Part shown: in pieces, positions 40,359-49,661 of the stretch | Layout: the number at the start of each line of letters is the position of its first letter | Numbering within the stretch: the first letter of the stretch is position 1 | DNA from: an uncultured Muribaculaceae bacterium | Lineage (GTDB): Bacteria > Bacteroidota > Bacteroidia > Bacteroidales > Muribaculaceae | NCBI GenBank assembly: GCA_964395975.1 | Contig: CAYNBZ010000001.1 | Location: 28,267 to 92,266, forward strand | Length of the DNA stretch: 64,000 bases | Direction: 5' to 3' | Notes under the pieces: model-generated | Database searches by the model: none | Seen by the model: the letters and a program-made list of their open reading frames with translations, nothing else | Told to the model about the DNA's origin: nothing | Position numbers and translations under genes: made by a program

Positions 40359-41084
40359 ATGGGGAAATATCGTATTGATGACAATGAATTAGGTACTTTG
40401 GTTATATGTACTCGCCGTGGAATGAGGTGTGTCAGATCGTGTGTGAAAAATGGTATTATAGAAATGCATGTGCCGCAAGGATTGAGTTATGTAGAGTTGT
40501 GCAATATCGTTGAGGTCAACCGTAACAGTTTACGACAGATGCTTGAACGAAATCGGACAACTGGATTGCATTACCATGTGGGGCAGAAGATTGACTGCCT
40601 CGGTGGCAGAACTATTATCATCGGAACGCAATCACTGTTACCTCAAAAAATAATTCTTGGCGGTGACATGTCAGCGGTGTTGTGTGTAAATGTGCCGGAG
40701 ACGGCTGATTTTGATGATGACAATACAACAATGTTGATTTCGAGGTGCTTGAGAAACATCGCAAAACGCATTGCATCGGTTGCCGTGCTTAGTTTGGCCG
40801 AAATTGTTGCCGATGAAATAGGTGTAAGGCCGCTTCGTTTTGTGATAGGAGCGGGGCTGCGCAAATTGGGACATTGCACCCAAAGAGGTGAAATACAACT
40901 ATCTTATAATTTGGTGTTTCTGCCCGAGAAGCTGGCGCGGTTTGTAATTTTGCACGAACTTGCACATCTTTCTCACTTTAATCACGGCACTAGATTCCAT
41001 GCATTGCTCGACAGGTATTGCGATGGTAGAGAGCGAGAGTTAAGTATCGAGTTGAAGCAGTTTCAATGGCCAGTACAGTTGTGA
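40359..41084 (+). CDS. YgjP-like (DUF45, M48-related) metal-dependent hydrolase
   Basis: 241 aa with C-terminal VILHELAHLSHFNHGTRFHALL (HExxH...H). Confidence 0.7.
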   Translation: MGKYRIDDNELGTLVICTRRGMRCVRSCVKNGIIEMHVPQGLSYVELCNIVEVNRNSLRQMLERNRTTGLHYHVGQKIDCLGGRTIIIGTQSLLPQKIILGGDMSAVLCVNVPETADFDDDNTTMLISRCLRNIAKRIASVAVLSLAEIVADEIGVRPLRFVIGAGLRKLGHCTQRGEIQLSYNLVFLPEKLARFVILHELAHLSHFNHGTRFHALLDRYCDGRERELSIELKQFQWPVQL

Positions 41085-42352
41085 TGATTGTTGTCGGGTA
41101 TGGCGATATTGGCCAAACCTGTCGTCCATTTGTTGGAATGAGAGGAAACTGCATGTGTCGTAGTGCTGCCTTGCACTGTGAGGCGTACTGTGTTGCGGCC
41201 ATATTTGGTATTTAGACGGTCGGCTGCTTCCATGAGTTTGCGATTTTCCAATGTGTTGATTCTGTCGAACAGGTTGAGTTGTTGGCCTGCATCTTCGATT
41301 ATACCACCGAGCACGATGCCCATACGCTTGTATTTGTATCCGTTCACAAACAGGCGGTCAAGCAACAACAGAGCGACACGCACGATTTCTTGCGTATTGG
41401 CGGTGGCCGTTGACAGTTTTTCGGTATCGGAACAGGAATATTGTGGCAAGTCGGTGCGATGTGGATTGGTACATAAAAACACTGTCACGTTTTTACACAG
41501 GGAGTGGTTATTGCGCAGGCTCATAGCGGTATCAGCAGCATAGTTGCTCAGCAATTCGTGCAACTGCTCAATTTGCGTTATCATGTATGGGAATGTCCGG
41601 CTGTGCATGATCGATTGTTGATGAGCCGAAGGTGTCATTTCTATCGATGGGATGCCGTGTAATTCGCGCCAAGTGCGTACTCCAGTCATGGTCATCATTG
41701 CGCAAACGAGTGATTCGCTTAGGTTTGCAAAGTCATAAGCCGTAACGATGCCCATTTGCTTTAGTTTAGGTACGCTGCGGCGACCTATCCCCCATACATT
41801 TTCGATAGCAATCTTGCGCATAGCTTTTTCCCAAACATCAGGAGTTATGACGCATATACCGTCATAAGCGTCATATCGCTTGGCAAACCATGTTGCAACT
41901 TTTGCCAATGTATAGGTGTTTGAGCATCCGCAACTCACAGGTATGCCGCAGTTATGCGTTATCACTTCGGACACTTGTCTCATGTATTGACGCACAAGCA
42001 GAGGATCTTCTTCGGGTATGCAACCAAAAAACTCATCCACGCTATACTGTAAGAAATCGAGAACCAACTCTTGTTCGATTACGCTTTGCATTATGCGTTT
42101 CGACATTGCACGGTACTTGTATAAGTCGGCTGCAAACATTATTACATCATTGGCTGCAAGCACCTTTTTTACTTTGAAAATTGGGTCGCCACGGTGTAAT
42201 CCAAGCATCTTGGCTTCTTTGGTGAGGGCAAGGATTATCCCCCCGCCTGATTCGTTATTGTTGGAAACAACCACCGGACGGCCTGCAAGTTCAGGTCGGG
42301 TAGCTATTTCTACAGAGGCATAAAACGAATTGCAGTCGATGTGAATTATCAT
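41063..42352 (-). CDS. Y-family DNA polymerase (UmuC/DinB-like)
   Basis: Motifs: MIIHIDCNSFYASVE, catalytic YSVDEFFG, and little-finger-like C-terminal region. I prefer the start at 42352. The 3' end overlaps the convergent DUF45 gene by 22 bp. Confidence 0.8.
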   Translation of the reverse strand: MIIHIDCNSFYASVEIATRPELAGRPVVVSNNNESGGGIILALTKEAKMLGLHRGDPIFKVKKVLAANDVIMFAADLYKYRAMSKRIMQSVIEQELVLDFLQYSVDEFFGCIPEEDPLLVRQYMRQVSEVITHNCGIPVSCGCSNTYTLAKVATWFAKRYDAYDGICVITPDVWEKAMRKIAIENVWGIGRRSVPKLKQMGIVTAYDFANLSESLVCAMMTMTGVRTWRELHGIPSIEMTPSAHQQSIMHSRTFPYMITQIEQLHELLSNYAADTAMSLRNNHSLCKNVTVFLCTNPHRTDLPQYSCSDTEKLSTATANTQEIVRVALLLLDRLFVNGYKYKRMGIVLGGIIEDAGQQLNLFDRINTLENRKLMEAADRLNTKYGRNTVRLTVQGSTTTHAVSSHSNKWTTGLANIAIPDNNHHNCTGH

Positions 42353-42450
42353 GATTGATCGTTCCTCCTTTTTTGTAATCGCAAATTTAGCTTTCCTTTT
42401 GTTAAAACGCAATTTTGGGTGCATACCTCCTGTTATTCTCGGACTAATGA

Positions 42451-42557
42451 TTAATGGGGATGCCTTTAGGCTATTTTACCTGTTAATAGGGAATGAGTTT
42501 TTGACTGCTACTTATTAATGGGGAGAAAGTTTACCTTTTTTTACCAACTAATAGGGA
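42451..42557 (+). repeat. Four phased direct repeats (T/C)TAAT(G/A)GGGA in a divergent promoter region
   Basis: Copies at 42451-42460 (TTAATGGGGA), 42483-42492 (TTAATAGGGA), 42515-42524 (TTAATGGGGA) and 42548-42557 (CTAATAGGGA). Spacing is 32, 32 and 33 bp. The -7 box lies a further 33 bp downstream. Confidence 0.8.
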
Positions 42558-42580
42558 TTGTTTAGGTTTTTTAGTGCTTA

Positions 42581-42588
42581 TACTTTTG
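42581..42588 (+). promoter_or_regulatory. -7 promoter box (TACTTTTG) for the porin-imelysin cluster
   Basis: Matches TAnnTTTG, 36 nt upstream of the ATG at 42624. Confidence 0.45.
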
Positions 42589-42623
42589 CAATAAATTAAT
42601 AAACGAAAAAAATGTAAAAATTA

Positions 42624-43937
42624 ATGAAGGAGAAAGTTTTATTTCTATCGTTGTTGTTGTCCATATCTGCATTGCCGATGATGGCGGCAGATGATTCAAA
42701 CGGAGAAGAGAAGGAACAGACTAAAATAGAGAAAATTATGTCGCGTCTTACCATAGGTGGCTATGGCGAGGCTGTATATAGTCGTAATTTCTTTAGTGAC
42801 AATTATCTGCGTTACAGTTCACCGGCAACTTATAAGGATGATGATGGACATGGACGATTTGACTTGCCGCATGTGGTGTTGATGCTCGGATATGATTTTG
42901 GCAAAGGGTGGACGATGGGCATGGAAATAGAATTTGAGCATGGTGGTACTGAAAGTGCCGTAGAAATAGAAGAAAGCGAAGGTGGTGAATATGAAAGTGA
43001 AATAGAACGAGGCGGAGAAGTGGCTCTTGAGCAGTTTTGGATTCAAAAAGCTATTTTTCCACAACTTAACATAAGGCTCGGTCACATGATTATTCCTGTA
43101 GGAGCTACAAATATGCATCATTTGCCAACGGAGTATTTTGGCGTTTATCGTCCTGAAGGAGAAAATACGATATTGCCATGTACATGGCACGAAACAGGTA
43201 TAAGCATTTGGGGGCGTGCCGGGAATTGGCGGTATGAGGCAATGCTTGTGCCGGGGCTTGATTCTGATCGTTTCAGCCGTAAGAATTGGATACAGAGTGG
43301 GGCAGGAAGTCCTTATGAATTTAAAATAGGCAACGCCGTTGCAGGAGTATTTCGTGTGGATAACTTTTCGGTAAAAGGATTACGCCTTTCATTGAGTGGA
43401 TATGTAGGAAACTCTTTTAGCAACAGTCTGCTGCGTGCCACGTCATCTTCATATGACGGTGTAAAGGGAACTGTTTCAATTGGTTCGTTTGATTTCTGTT
43501 ACGATGATCACAATTTGATAGTTCGCGGATTTGCAACATATGGACATTTGTCTGATTCATATAAGATTACCGTATTTAATAAAAATCGCCGAAGCGATTC
43601 GCCATCACCTAAGCAGGATGTCGCATCTGATACCTATGCCATAGGAGTGGAAGCTGGTTATGACTTCTTTTCCCAAATAAGCAAATTACGGGGCAAGGGG
43701 CAGAAAATGTATGTATTTGCCCGCTATGATGCTTATGACTCTATGTATAAGGTGGAAAGCGGTGTATATAAATATGATTGGTGCGGTCGGCATCGCATAG
43801 CAGCCGGTCTTAATTATTATCCTCTGAAGAACATTGTATTAAAGGGGGAATATTCTATAGGCTTGCTTAAATCTCCTTACAACAATGAACCATCGATTTC
43901 ATTGGGAGTTGCATATTCTGGCTTCTTTGACTTATAA
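42624..43937 (+). CDS. Putative outer-membrane beta-barrel porin
   Basis: 437 aa with a signal peptide. It shows alternating amphipathic strands rich in G/Y/F, LTIGGYGEAVY near the N-terminus, and an aromatic-rich C-terminal strand (VAYSGFF). Confidence 0.55.
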   Translation: MKEKVLFLSLLLSISALPMMAADDSNGEEKEQTKIEKIMSRLTIGGYGEAVYSRNFFSDNYLRYSSPATYKDDDGHGRFDLPHVVLMLGYDFGKGWTMGMEIEFEHGGTESAVEIEESEGGEYESEIERGGEVALEQFWIQKAIFPQLNIRLGHMIIPVGATNMHHLPTEYFGVYRPEGENTILPCTWHETGISIWGRAGNWRYEAMLVPGLDSDRFSRKNWIQSGAGSPYEFKIGNAVAGVFRVDNFSVKGLRLSLSGYVGNSFSNSLLRATSSSYDGVKGTVSIGSFDFCYDDHNLIVRGFATYGHLSDSYKITVFNKNRRSDSPSPKQDVASDTYAIGVEAGYDFFSQISKLRGKGQKMYVFARYDAYDSMYKVESGVYKYDWCGRHRIAAGLNYYPLKNIVLKGEYSIGLLKSPYNNEPSISLGVAYSGFFDL

Positions 43938-43987
43938 TATCGAAAAATGTAAAAACAAGAAATAAACTTAACGAAATGGAAGAGAAA

Positions 43988-45256
43988 ATGAAGAAATTTG
44001 TGAAATTTCCCATGTATATTGCTTTGGGGGCAGCAATGTCTATGAGCATCGTTGCTTGTAGCGATGACGAACCGAATGGTGGTGGTGATGATGATGGTTT
44101 GTCGGCTATGGAACAGGCTTTGCAGCTTGTGATCTATGACTATGTAGACAAGACGGTAATTCCTACTTATTGTGGTATGGCTGATGCAACGATTGACTTG
44201 TACGAAGCTTGCTTGGCAATGCGTGAGGCATATGATGAGGGAACGCTTACGCAGGAGATGGTGCAGACGGCATGTGACCATTGGAACAATGCTCGTCGTT
44301 ATTGGGAGTTGAGTGAGGCTTGGCTGTATGGACCAGCAGCCGACTATAACATCGACCCACACATCGATACTTGGCCGCTCGACCGTACTGCAATGGAGAA
44401 TTTACTTAACAACACGCAGCAAATGGAACAAATGGACGATGATGGCGTATTTATCTCGACATTGGGTGAAAGTTTGCTTGGCTTTCATGCGGTAGAATAT
44501 ATGATTTATGGTCATTATGACAATGGCTTGGGAACAGGTGTGGCTCGCAACATAAGTGAATCGGGTGGTGATGCCTATAGACCATACACTCGACCGGAGT
44601 TGGTATATACAGCGGCAGTAGCTGCAGACCTTCGCAATCAATGCATTCGTCTTGAGGCTGCATGGGCAGGAATCGACAATGTGACATCGGAGAAATACGA
44701 AATCTTGACTGATTTGGAATTAGAACCGACCTATGACTATGGTGAAATGATGCGTAACTCTGGTTCTGCCGGCAGCTTGTGGGTAAACTATTTAAGTGCT
44801 GTGCAAGAACTGATTGTAGGTGCACAAGACATTGCCGATGAAGTGGGTGGTTTGAAAATTGGGAACCCGACGGGACATGGAGCAGAAGATGATCCCGACT
44901 ATATCGAATCGCCTTACAGCTTGAACTCAATAAATGACTTTATCGATAATATCAAGAGTATTCAAAATGCTTATGAAGGGTATCAGATAGGCGTAAACGG
45001 CAATGTCGCTGACGATTATATTCAACCTGTCGATAACTCGTTGAGCGACTATGTGGCTACACTTGATGCTGACTTGGATACGCAAGTGCGGGAAACCATC
45101 CAGGCAGCCATTGATGCCATTAGTCAAATGCAGGAGCCGTTTGCCCAAACTGCACGTGACTCTGCTTATGATGCAATTAATCAAGCTGCTATCGATGCCT
45201 GCAATGATGTAAGTGATGTATTGGATGAAGTATTGAACTTGTTGTCAGCGCAATAG
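43988..45256 (+). CDS. Imelysin (peptidase M75 / EfeO-IrpA-like) family lipoprotein
   Basis: Lipobox IVACSDD and HxxE motif GFHAVEY. It is acidic and helical, sits next to a DUF1111 di-haem protein, and I prefer the start at MKKFVKF. Confidence 0.75.
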   Translation: MKKFVKFPMYIALGAAMSMSIVACSDDEPNGGGDDDGLSAMEQALQLVIYDYVDKTVIPTYCGMADATIDLYEACLAMREAYDEGTLTQEMVQTACDHWNNARRYWELSEAWLYGPAADYNIDPHIDTWPLDRTAMENLLNNTQQMEQMDDDGVFISTLGESLLGFHAVEYMIYGHYDNGLGTGVARNISESGGDAYRPYTRPELVYTAAVAADLRNQCIRLEAAWAGIDNVTSEKYEILTDLELEPTYDYGEMMRNSGSAGSLWVNYLSAVQELIVGAQDIADEVGGLKIGNPTGHGAEDDPDYIESPYSLNSINDFIDNIKSIQNAYEGYQIGVNGNVADDYIQPVDNSLSDYVATLDADLDTQVRETIQAAIDAISQMQEPFAQTARDSAYDAINQAAIDACNDVSDVLDEVLNLLSAQ

Positions 45257-45284
45257 AACGGCTTTGTTGAACGGATAAAGAACG

Positions 45285-45320
45285 GTTACACTCCAACGAG
45301 AGGGTGTAACTGTTTCTTTG
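45285..45320 (+). terminator. Intrinsic terminator/attenuator after the imelysin gene
   Basis: 9-bp stem GTTACACTC / GGGTGTAAC (includes one G-U pair), followed by TGTTTCTTTG. Confidence 0.55.
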
Positions 45321-45367
45321 CCTTTAGAAAATATGAATTTTATAGAATAATTAATAAAATTTATCAT

Positions 45368-47029
45368 ATGAAAAAATATAGGTATTTATTGACTGCAACT
45401 ATTTGTTTTGCAGGACTTGTGGCTTGTAGTGATGATATTTCTGATAGCTCGCAGGATAGCGGAGATGATGCCACGACCGAACTCCCTGATTGGTATTACA
45501 CAGGTGGCGTGTTGGGAACAACCTCTCTGAACAATATTACCACGGCTTTTGAGCAGCCAACGCCTGTTGCTGAGGGTGCTGAATTTTTTAATTCATTTAA
45601 ACGGGGAGAGCAACTGTTTGAAAAAGCATTTAACAGTGAATCCAATGGAGTGCGCAGTGGCCTCGGTCCACTTTATATACGCACTTCGTGCCAGCATTGT
45701 CATCCGGGTTACGGACATGGAAAAAGCCAATCGGCTGGCTCATTCAATACAACAGATATCGGTAATGGCTACTTACTGGTGGTTTATGATCCAGAAACCA
45801 ATTCTTATGTATCGTGGCTGTCAGGTATGCCTCAAACTAAAGCAGTGGCTCCATTCAAAGCTCCGCTTGATGAATCGCAAATCATGATTTCGTGGACAGA
45901 ATATACCGACATATGGGGAAACTGCTTCCCTGATGGTGAAACATATTCATTACGCTACCCTACAGTGACAATTCCGAAGGAAGCTATTTATGTTGCCAAC
46001 AGGGGGTATGATGTGGGAAATTATGAGGTTCGCCTTGAGTCAACTATCGGTATATATGGCACAGGGCTGCTTGATGCTATAACCGATGAGGATTTAAAAG
46101 CACAATATGCAGAAGAAGAAAACGATGGCTACTTGAAAAACGGGCTTAATCCCAACATATTTGCCGGTGGCGAATGGGTTGGGCAATATTCTAACACTTC
46201 GCAAGGCGGCGATGGCACAAAATATCCTTACCGCTTCACTTATGCTTTAAGTCGTGGACCTTTGCAAGATGGTCCCGGTGCAAACGCATTTTGGAATATA
46301 ACTAATGTAACTCGCAGCGATCGTCGTTTCCACTACCTTGATGGTGCAGGAAGTTATGCAACATATGCATCGCAAGATCCTGACATTCAAGATGGATTCC
46401 CTGATTACATTGCACAAATTTCCAATGCAGAGGAACATCCCGAATGGTTTACCGATAATGTTGAGGATAATATTTACAATTATCTGACTTCTACAGATTT
46501 GCCGATAGAAATTTCTGACGAAGACTATATAGATCTCATGGTTTGGCATCGTGGTCTTGCCGTGCCGGCAGCCCGAAATGTCGATGACGAAGATGTCTTA
46601 CTCGGCAAAGAATTATTTGAAGAAATCGGTTGCTCTTATTGTCACCGTCCGACATGGACCACAGGCAGTGATGAAATACGCGATCCCGCTCGTTTCTTCG
46701 TTGGAGAAACGGCAGATGAACTGCCCCGATACCCATATCAAAAAATATGGCCTTACACCGATATGATACAACATAAATTACATATGGTCAATGATATCCG
46801 CACAGGTTGGTGTCGTACCACTCCATTATGGGGACGTGGTTTACACCAACGTTGTACAGGTGCAGAATATGCCGACCGCCTGCATGACTGTCGAGCTCGT
46901 ACTACGTTGGAAGCCATCATGTGGCATGGTACAAGTACTGAAAGCGATGCTTACGAAACTGTTGAGAAATTTCGTGAATTGTCGAAGGAAGAACGTGATG
47001 CTGTGGTCAAATTCCTTGATTCAATATAA
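45368..47029 (+). CDS. Di-haem cytochrome c peroxidase-like protein (DUF1111, 'thiol oxidoreductase') lipoprotein
   Basis: 553 aa. Lipobox LVACSDD and two CxxCH haem-binding motifs (CQHCH, CSYCH). Confidence 0.8.
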   Translation: MKKYRYLLTATICFAGLVACSDDISDSSQDSGDDATTELPDWYYTGGVLGTTSLNNITTAFEQPTPVAEGAEFFNSFKRGEQLFEKAFNSESNGVRSGLGPLYIRTSCQHCHPGYGHGKSQSAGSFNTTDIGNGYLLVVYDPETNSYVSWLSGMPQTKAVAPFKAPLDESQIMISWTEYTDIWGNCFPDGETYSLRYPTVTIPKEAIYVANRGYDVGNYEVRLESTIGIYGTGLLDAITDEDLKAQYAEEENDGYLKNGLNPNIFAGGEWVGQYSNTSQGGDGTKYPYRFTYALSRGPLQDGPGANAFWNITNVTRSDRRFHYLDGAGSYATYASQDPDIQDGFPDYIAQISNAEEHPEWFTDNVEDNIYNYLTSTDLPIEISDEDYIDLMVWHRGLAVPAARNVDDEDVLLGKELFEEIGCSYCHRPTWTTGSDEIRDPARFFVGETADELPRYPYQKIWPYTDMIQHKLHMVNDIRTGWCRTTPLWGRGLHQRCTGAEYADRLHDCRARTTLEAIMWHGTSTESDAYETVEKFRELSKEERDAVVKFLDSI

Positions 47030-47049
47030 TCGGAAAAAGATTTATGGAT

Positions 47050-47080
47050 GCAGAGGGTGTGGTATTCTTACACCCTCTGC
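47050..47080 (+). terminator. Intrinsic terminator after the DUF1111 gene
   Basis: Perfect 11-bp stem GCAGAGGGTGT / ACACCCTCTGC with a 9-nt loop, followed by ATTCGTT. Confidence 0.6.
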
Positions 47081-47144
47081 ATTCGTTACTTCGAGTCATT
47101 TAATGGTAAATTTACAATCACGATAAATTTTGTTATTTTTATCG

Positions 47145-47152
47145 TATTTTTG
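47145..47152 (+). promoter_or_regulatory. -7 promoter box (TATTTTTG) upstream of ccsBA
   Basis: Matches TAnnTTTG, about 128 nt upstream of the ATG at 47280. Confidence 0.35.
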
Positions 47153-47279
47153 TCGGCGGTGGCGTGTATGGCTTTTTATTGTAATTAGTTTCGTTGTTCT
47201 CTATGTATCAAGTAATAGAGTAGCGTCCTGCTGTTTGCGTATGTTGAATCTGGATTCAGAATAAGTTAAAATTACTATA

Positions 47280-49496
47280 ATGACAAAAAAAACAAAGCTG
47301 TTCCGTAACTTGAGTTTTGGGCTCGCAGTATTGACAATAGTGGTGCTTGTTTGTGCCTCGGTGTTGGAAACCGTTTGTGGAACGAATCACATTTACGGAT
47401 CCCCGCTTTTTGTTGCATTGTGGACGGCTTTAGCCGTTTTTTCAATAGTATATATCATTATTCGTAAGATGCAACGGCGAAAAATTATACTTCTGCTGCA
47501 TCTGTCGTTTGTCGTTATCCTTGCGGGAGCTTTTATTACGCATGTATGGGGAGTGCAGGGCTCGATTCATTTACGACAAGGGGAAATGCCTGTATGTCAG
47601 TTTATTACTAATGATGGCATAAACGGAGTACTTCCATTTGAAATATCGCTGAACAGTTTCGAACTTGTGTATTACCAGGGAACTTTTGCCCCGATGGATT
47701 ATGTAAGTTCTGTGTTGATACATGATGGCGATGGTATGCATGAGGGTGTGGTATCGATGAACAATATATACGACTATAAAGGGTATCGTTTTTATCAATC
47801 GACTTATGACTATGATAGACATGGTAGTACCCTTTCGATTTATTACGACCCGTATGGTATAGCTGTAACTTACATAGGTTATGTGTTGTTGATATTGTCG
47901 GTGCTGTTGTTTTTTTTCGATCCTAAAAGCTATTTTCGGCAATTACTGAATCATCCTTTATTACGGAAATCTGTTATGGCATCACTGTTGGCAGTTATGG
48001 CATTTCCGTCTTTTGCCAGCGATACCCCCAAGACATTACCTCGGTCTACAGCTGTAGAATTTGGCAATATGTATGTTTATTATAATGATCGTGTTTGCCC
48101 AATGCAGACACTCGCACGAGATTTTACAGTTAAATTGTATGGGAAATCAACATATAAGGGGATGACTGCCGAACAAGTGCTTACAGGGTGGTTTTTTTAT
48201 TATGACGATTGGAAAACCGAACCTATAATTTATGTGAAAAGCAAGGAAGTCCGACAGTTGCTTGGCATTGAAGGAAAATACGCGCGGCTTGTCGACTTTT
48301 TCGACAATAATGGGTATAAACTGGATTATTCACGGCATCAGGAAACTGGTACATGGGATATGCGTGGCGTGAGAGAAGCTGACGAGAAGTTCAATCTTAT
48401 AAGCATGGTAAGCACCGGAAATGCTTTGAAGATGTATCCCTATCGAGAAAACGACAGTTTGCAACTTGTGTGGTATTCCATATCTGAGAGGCTTCCGGCC
48501 TCAATGCCTCACGAACAATGGGCGTTTGTGCGTTATAGTATGAATTATATAGCAGAGCAAGTGGCAAAAAAAGATTTTGACGGGGTCAATACGCTTATTG
48601 TAAAAACTCGGAAATATCAAGAACGCGAAGCTGCCGGTTTTTTGCCGGACAACACTCGCTTCCGCGCAGAGAAGTTATATAATGCGTTTGATTATACCCG
48701 TCCGGTGGCAATGGTATGTCTCATGGTGGGAATCTTATCATTTTTCTTTTATTGTTGGCGCATGTTACGTGGACGAACAGGTCGTTCGTGGTTGGATGTT
48801 GTACTGTTGGCTCTGATAGCAGTGTTGTTGTTTTACATAGTTACCGTAATGACATTGCGGGGCATTACGGCGGGGCATTTTCCTGCTACCAATGGATTTG
48901 AAACTATGCAACTGATGGCTGCTTGCGTATTGGTAATATCGATTTTGTCTTACCGCAGGTTTGAGGCTGCTCTTTCATTTGGATTTATATTGTGTGGGCT
49001 TGCCATGCTTGTGGCTATGATGGGAGAGTCCAATCCATCGGTTACTCCATTGCTCCCTGTGCTTTCATCGCCTTTGCTCAGCATTCATGTTATGACAATT
49101 ATGATATCATACTCGTTATTTGGTTTTGCTATGCTTAATGGAATTGTTGCGATAATTATCAGGTATTCGGGTCGGGCATGTTTTGAGCAAGTTGAGCGAT
49201 TGCAAGTAATCAGTCAACTGATATTGTATCCTGCTGTTTTTTTGCTTGCCATTGGTATTTTCATAGGAGCTGTTTGGGCCAATGTGTCATGGGGACGTTA
49301 TTGGGGATGGGATCCCAAAGAAACGTGGGCATTGATAACACTGCTTGTTTATGCAGCAGCGTTGCATTTGAAATCGCTACCAGCCATGCGTCGTCCTATG
49401 TTTTTCCATTGGTTTACGGTAATAGCATTCTTTTGCGTATTAATTACTTATTTCGGTGCTAATTTTATTATGAAGGGGCTACATAGTTATGCTTGA
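47280..49496 (+). CDS. ccsA: System II cytochrome c biogenesis protein, fused ResB/CcsB-CcsA (CcsBA)
   Basis: 738 aa with N-terminal TM helices, a large periplasmic ResB-like region and a C-terminal CcsA domain carrying the tryptophan-rich WWD motif WGRYWGWDPKETWA. Confidence 0.8.
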   Translation: MTKKTKLFRNLSFGLAVLTIVVLVCASVLETVCGTNHIYGSPLFVALWTALAVFSIVYIIIRKMQRRKIILLLHLSFVVILAGAFITHVWGVQGSIHLRQGEMPVCQFITNDGINGVLPFEISLNSFELVYYQGTFAPMDYVSSVLIHDGDGMHEGVVSMNNIYDYKGYRFYQSTYDYDRHGSTLSIYYDPYGIAVTYIGYVLLILSVLLFFFDPKSYFRQLLNHPLLRKSVMASLLAVMAFPSFASDTPKTLPRSTAVEFGNMYVYYNDRVCPMQTLARDFTVKLYGKSTYKGMTAEQVLTGWFFYYDDWKTEPIIYVKSKEVRQLLGIEGKYARLVDFFDNNGYKLDYSRHQETGTWDMRGVREADEKFNLISMVSTGNALKMYPYRENDSLQLVWYSISERLPASMPHEQWAFVRYSMNYIAEQVAKKDFDGVNTLIVKTRKYQEREAAGFLPDNTRFRAEKLYNAFDYTRPVAMVCLMVGILSFFFYCWRMLRGRTGRSWLDVVLLALIAVLLFYIVTVMTLRGITAGHFPATNGFETMQLMAACVLVISILSYRRFEAALSFGFILCGLAMLVAMMGESNPSVTPLLPVLSSPLLSIHVMTIMISYSLFGFAMLNGIVAIIIRYSGRACFEQVERLQVISQLILYPAVFLLAIGIFIGAVWANVSWGRYWGWDPKETWALITLLVYAAALHLKSLPAMRRPMFFHWFTVIAFFCVLITYFGANFIMKGLHSYA

Positions 49497-49559
49497 TTTT
49501 GCATATTCGTTGTTGTGCAGATATGTTCCTTTTGGCAGATAAAGTTGTTTTTTTTGAAA

Positions 49560-49613
49560 ATAGGGTGTTAAAATTGTTATATAGGGTGATGTATTAAACG
49601 GATAAACCCTATA
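49560..49613. promoter_or_regulatory. Three copies of ATAGGGT flanking or overlapping the promoter of the sulfonation operon
   Basis: ATAGGGTG occurs at 49560-49567 and 49581-49588 (21-bp spacing). An inverted copy ACCCTATA lies at 49606-49613. Copies 2 and 3 form TATAGGGT-N18-ACCCTATA, whose right arm overlaps the -7 box. Confidence 0.6.
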
Positions 49614-49617
49614 TTTG
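49610..49617 (+). promoter_or_regulatory. -7 promoter box (TATATTTG) for the transporter-cysCDN-sulfotransferase operon
   Basis: Matches TAnnTTTG, 152 nt upstream of the ATG at 49769. Confidence 0.45.
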
Positions 49618-49632
49618 CAAATCATAACAACT

Positions 49633-49661
49633 AGATAAGCCAATTAACAATTGGCTTATCT
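49633..49661 (+). promoter_or_regulatory. Perfect 13-bp inverted repeat at the 5' end of the operon leader (operator or 5' stem-loop)
   Basis: AGATAAGCCAATT-AAC-AATTGGCTTATCT starts about 10 nt after the predicted transcription start. Confidence 0.7.

Noticed and set aside
42451-42557. The regularly spaced repeats at a roughly 32-bp period might be a small CRISPR array
   Set aside because: The conserved core is only 10 bp, whereas CRISPR repeats are 24-48 bp. There are only four copies, no cas genes and no leader. The array sits exactly in a promoter region, so I interpret the copies as regulatory sites.
47283-47292. A8 tract right after the ccsBA start codon, a T8 tract near 47915 inside the same gene, and an A8 tract in the lolE-like gene near 9990, considered as possible phase-variation switches
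   Set aside because: Tracts of 8 nt are short for efficient slipped-strand switching. They simply encode Lys-Lys or Phe-Phe-Phe in AT-rich codon usage, and the sequence gives no evidence of heterogeneity.
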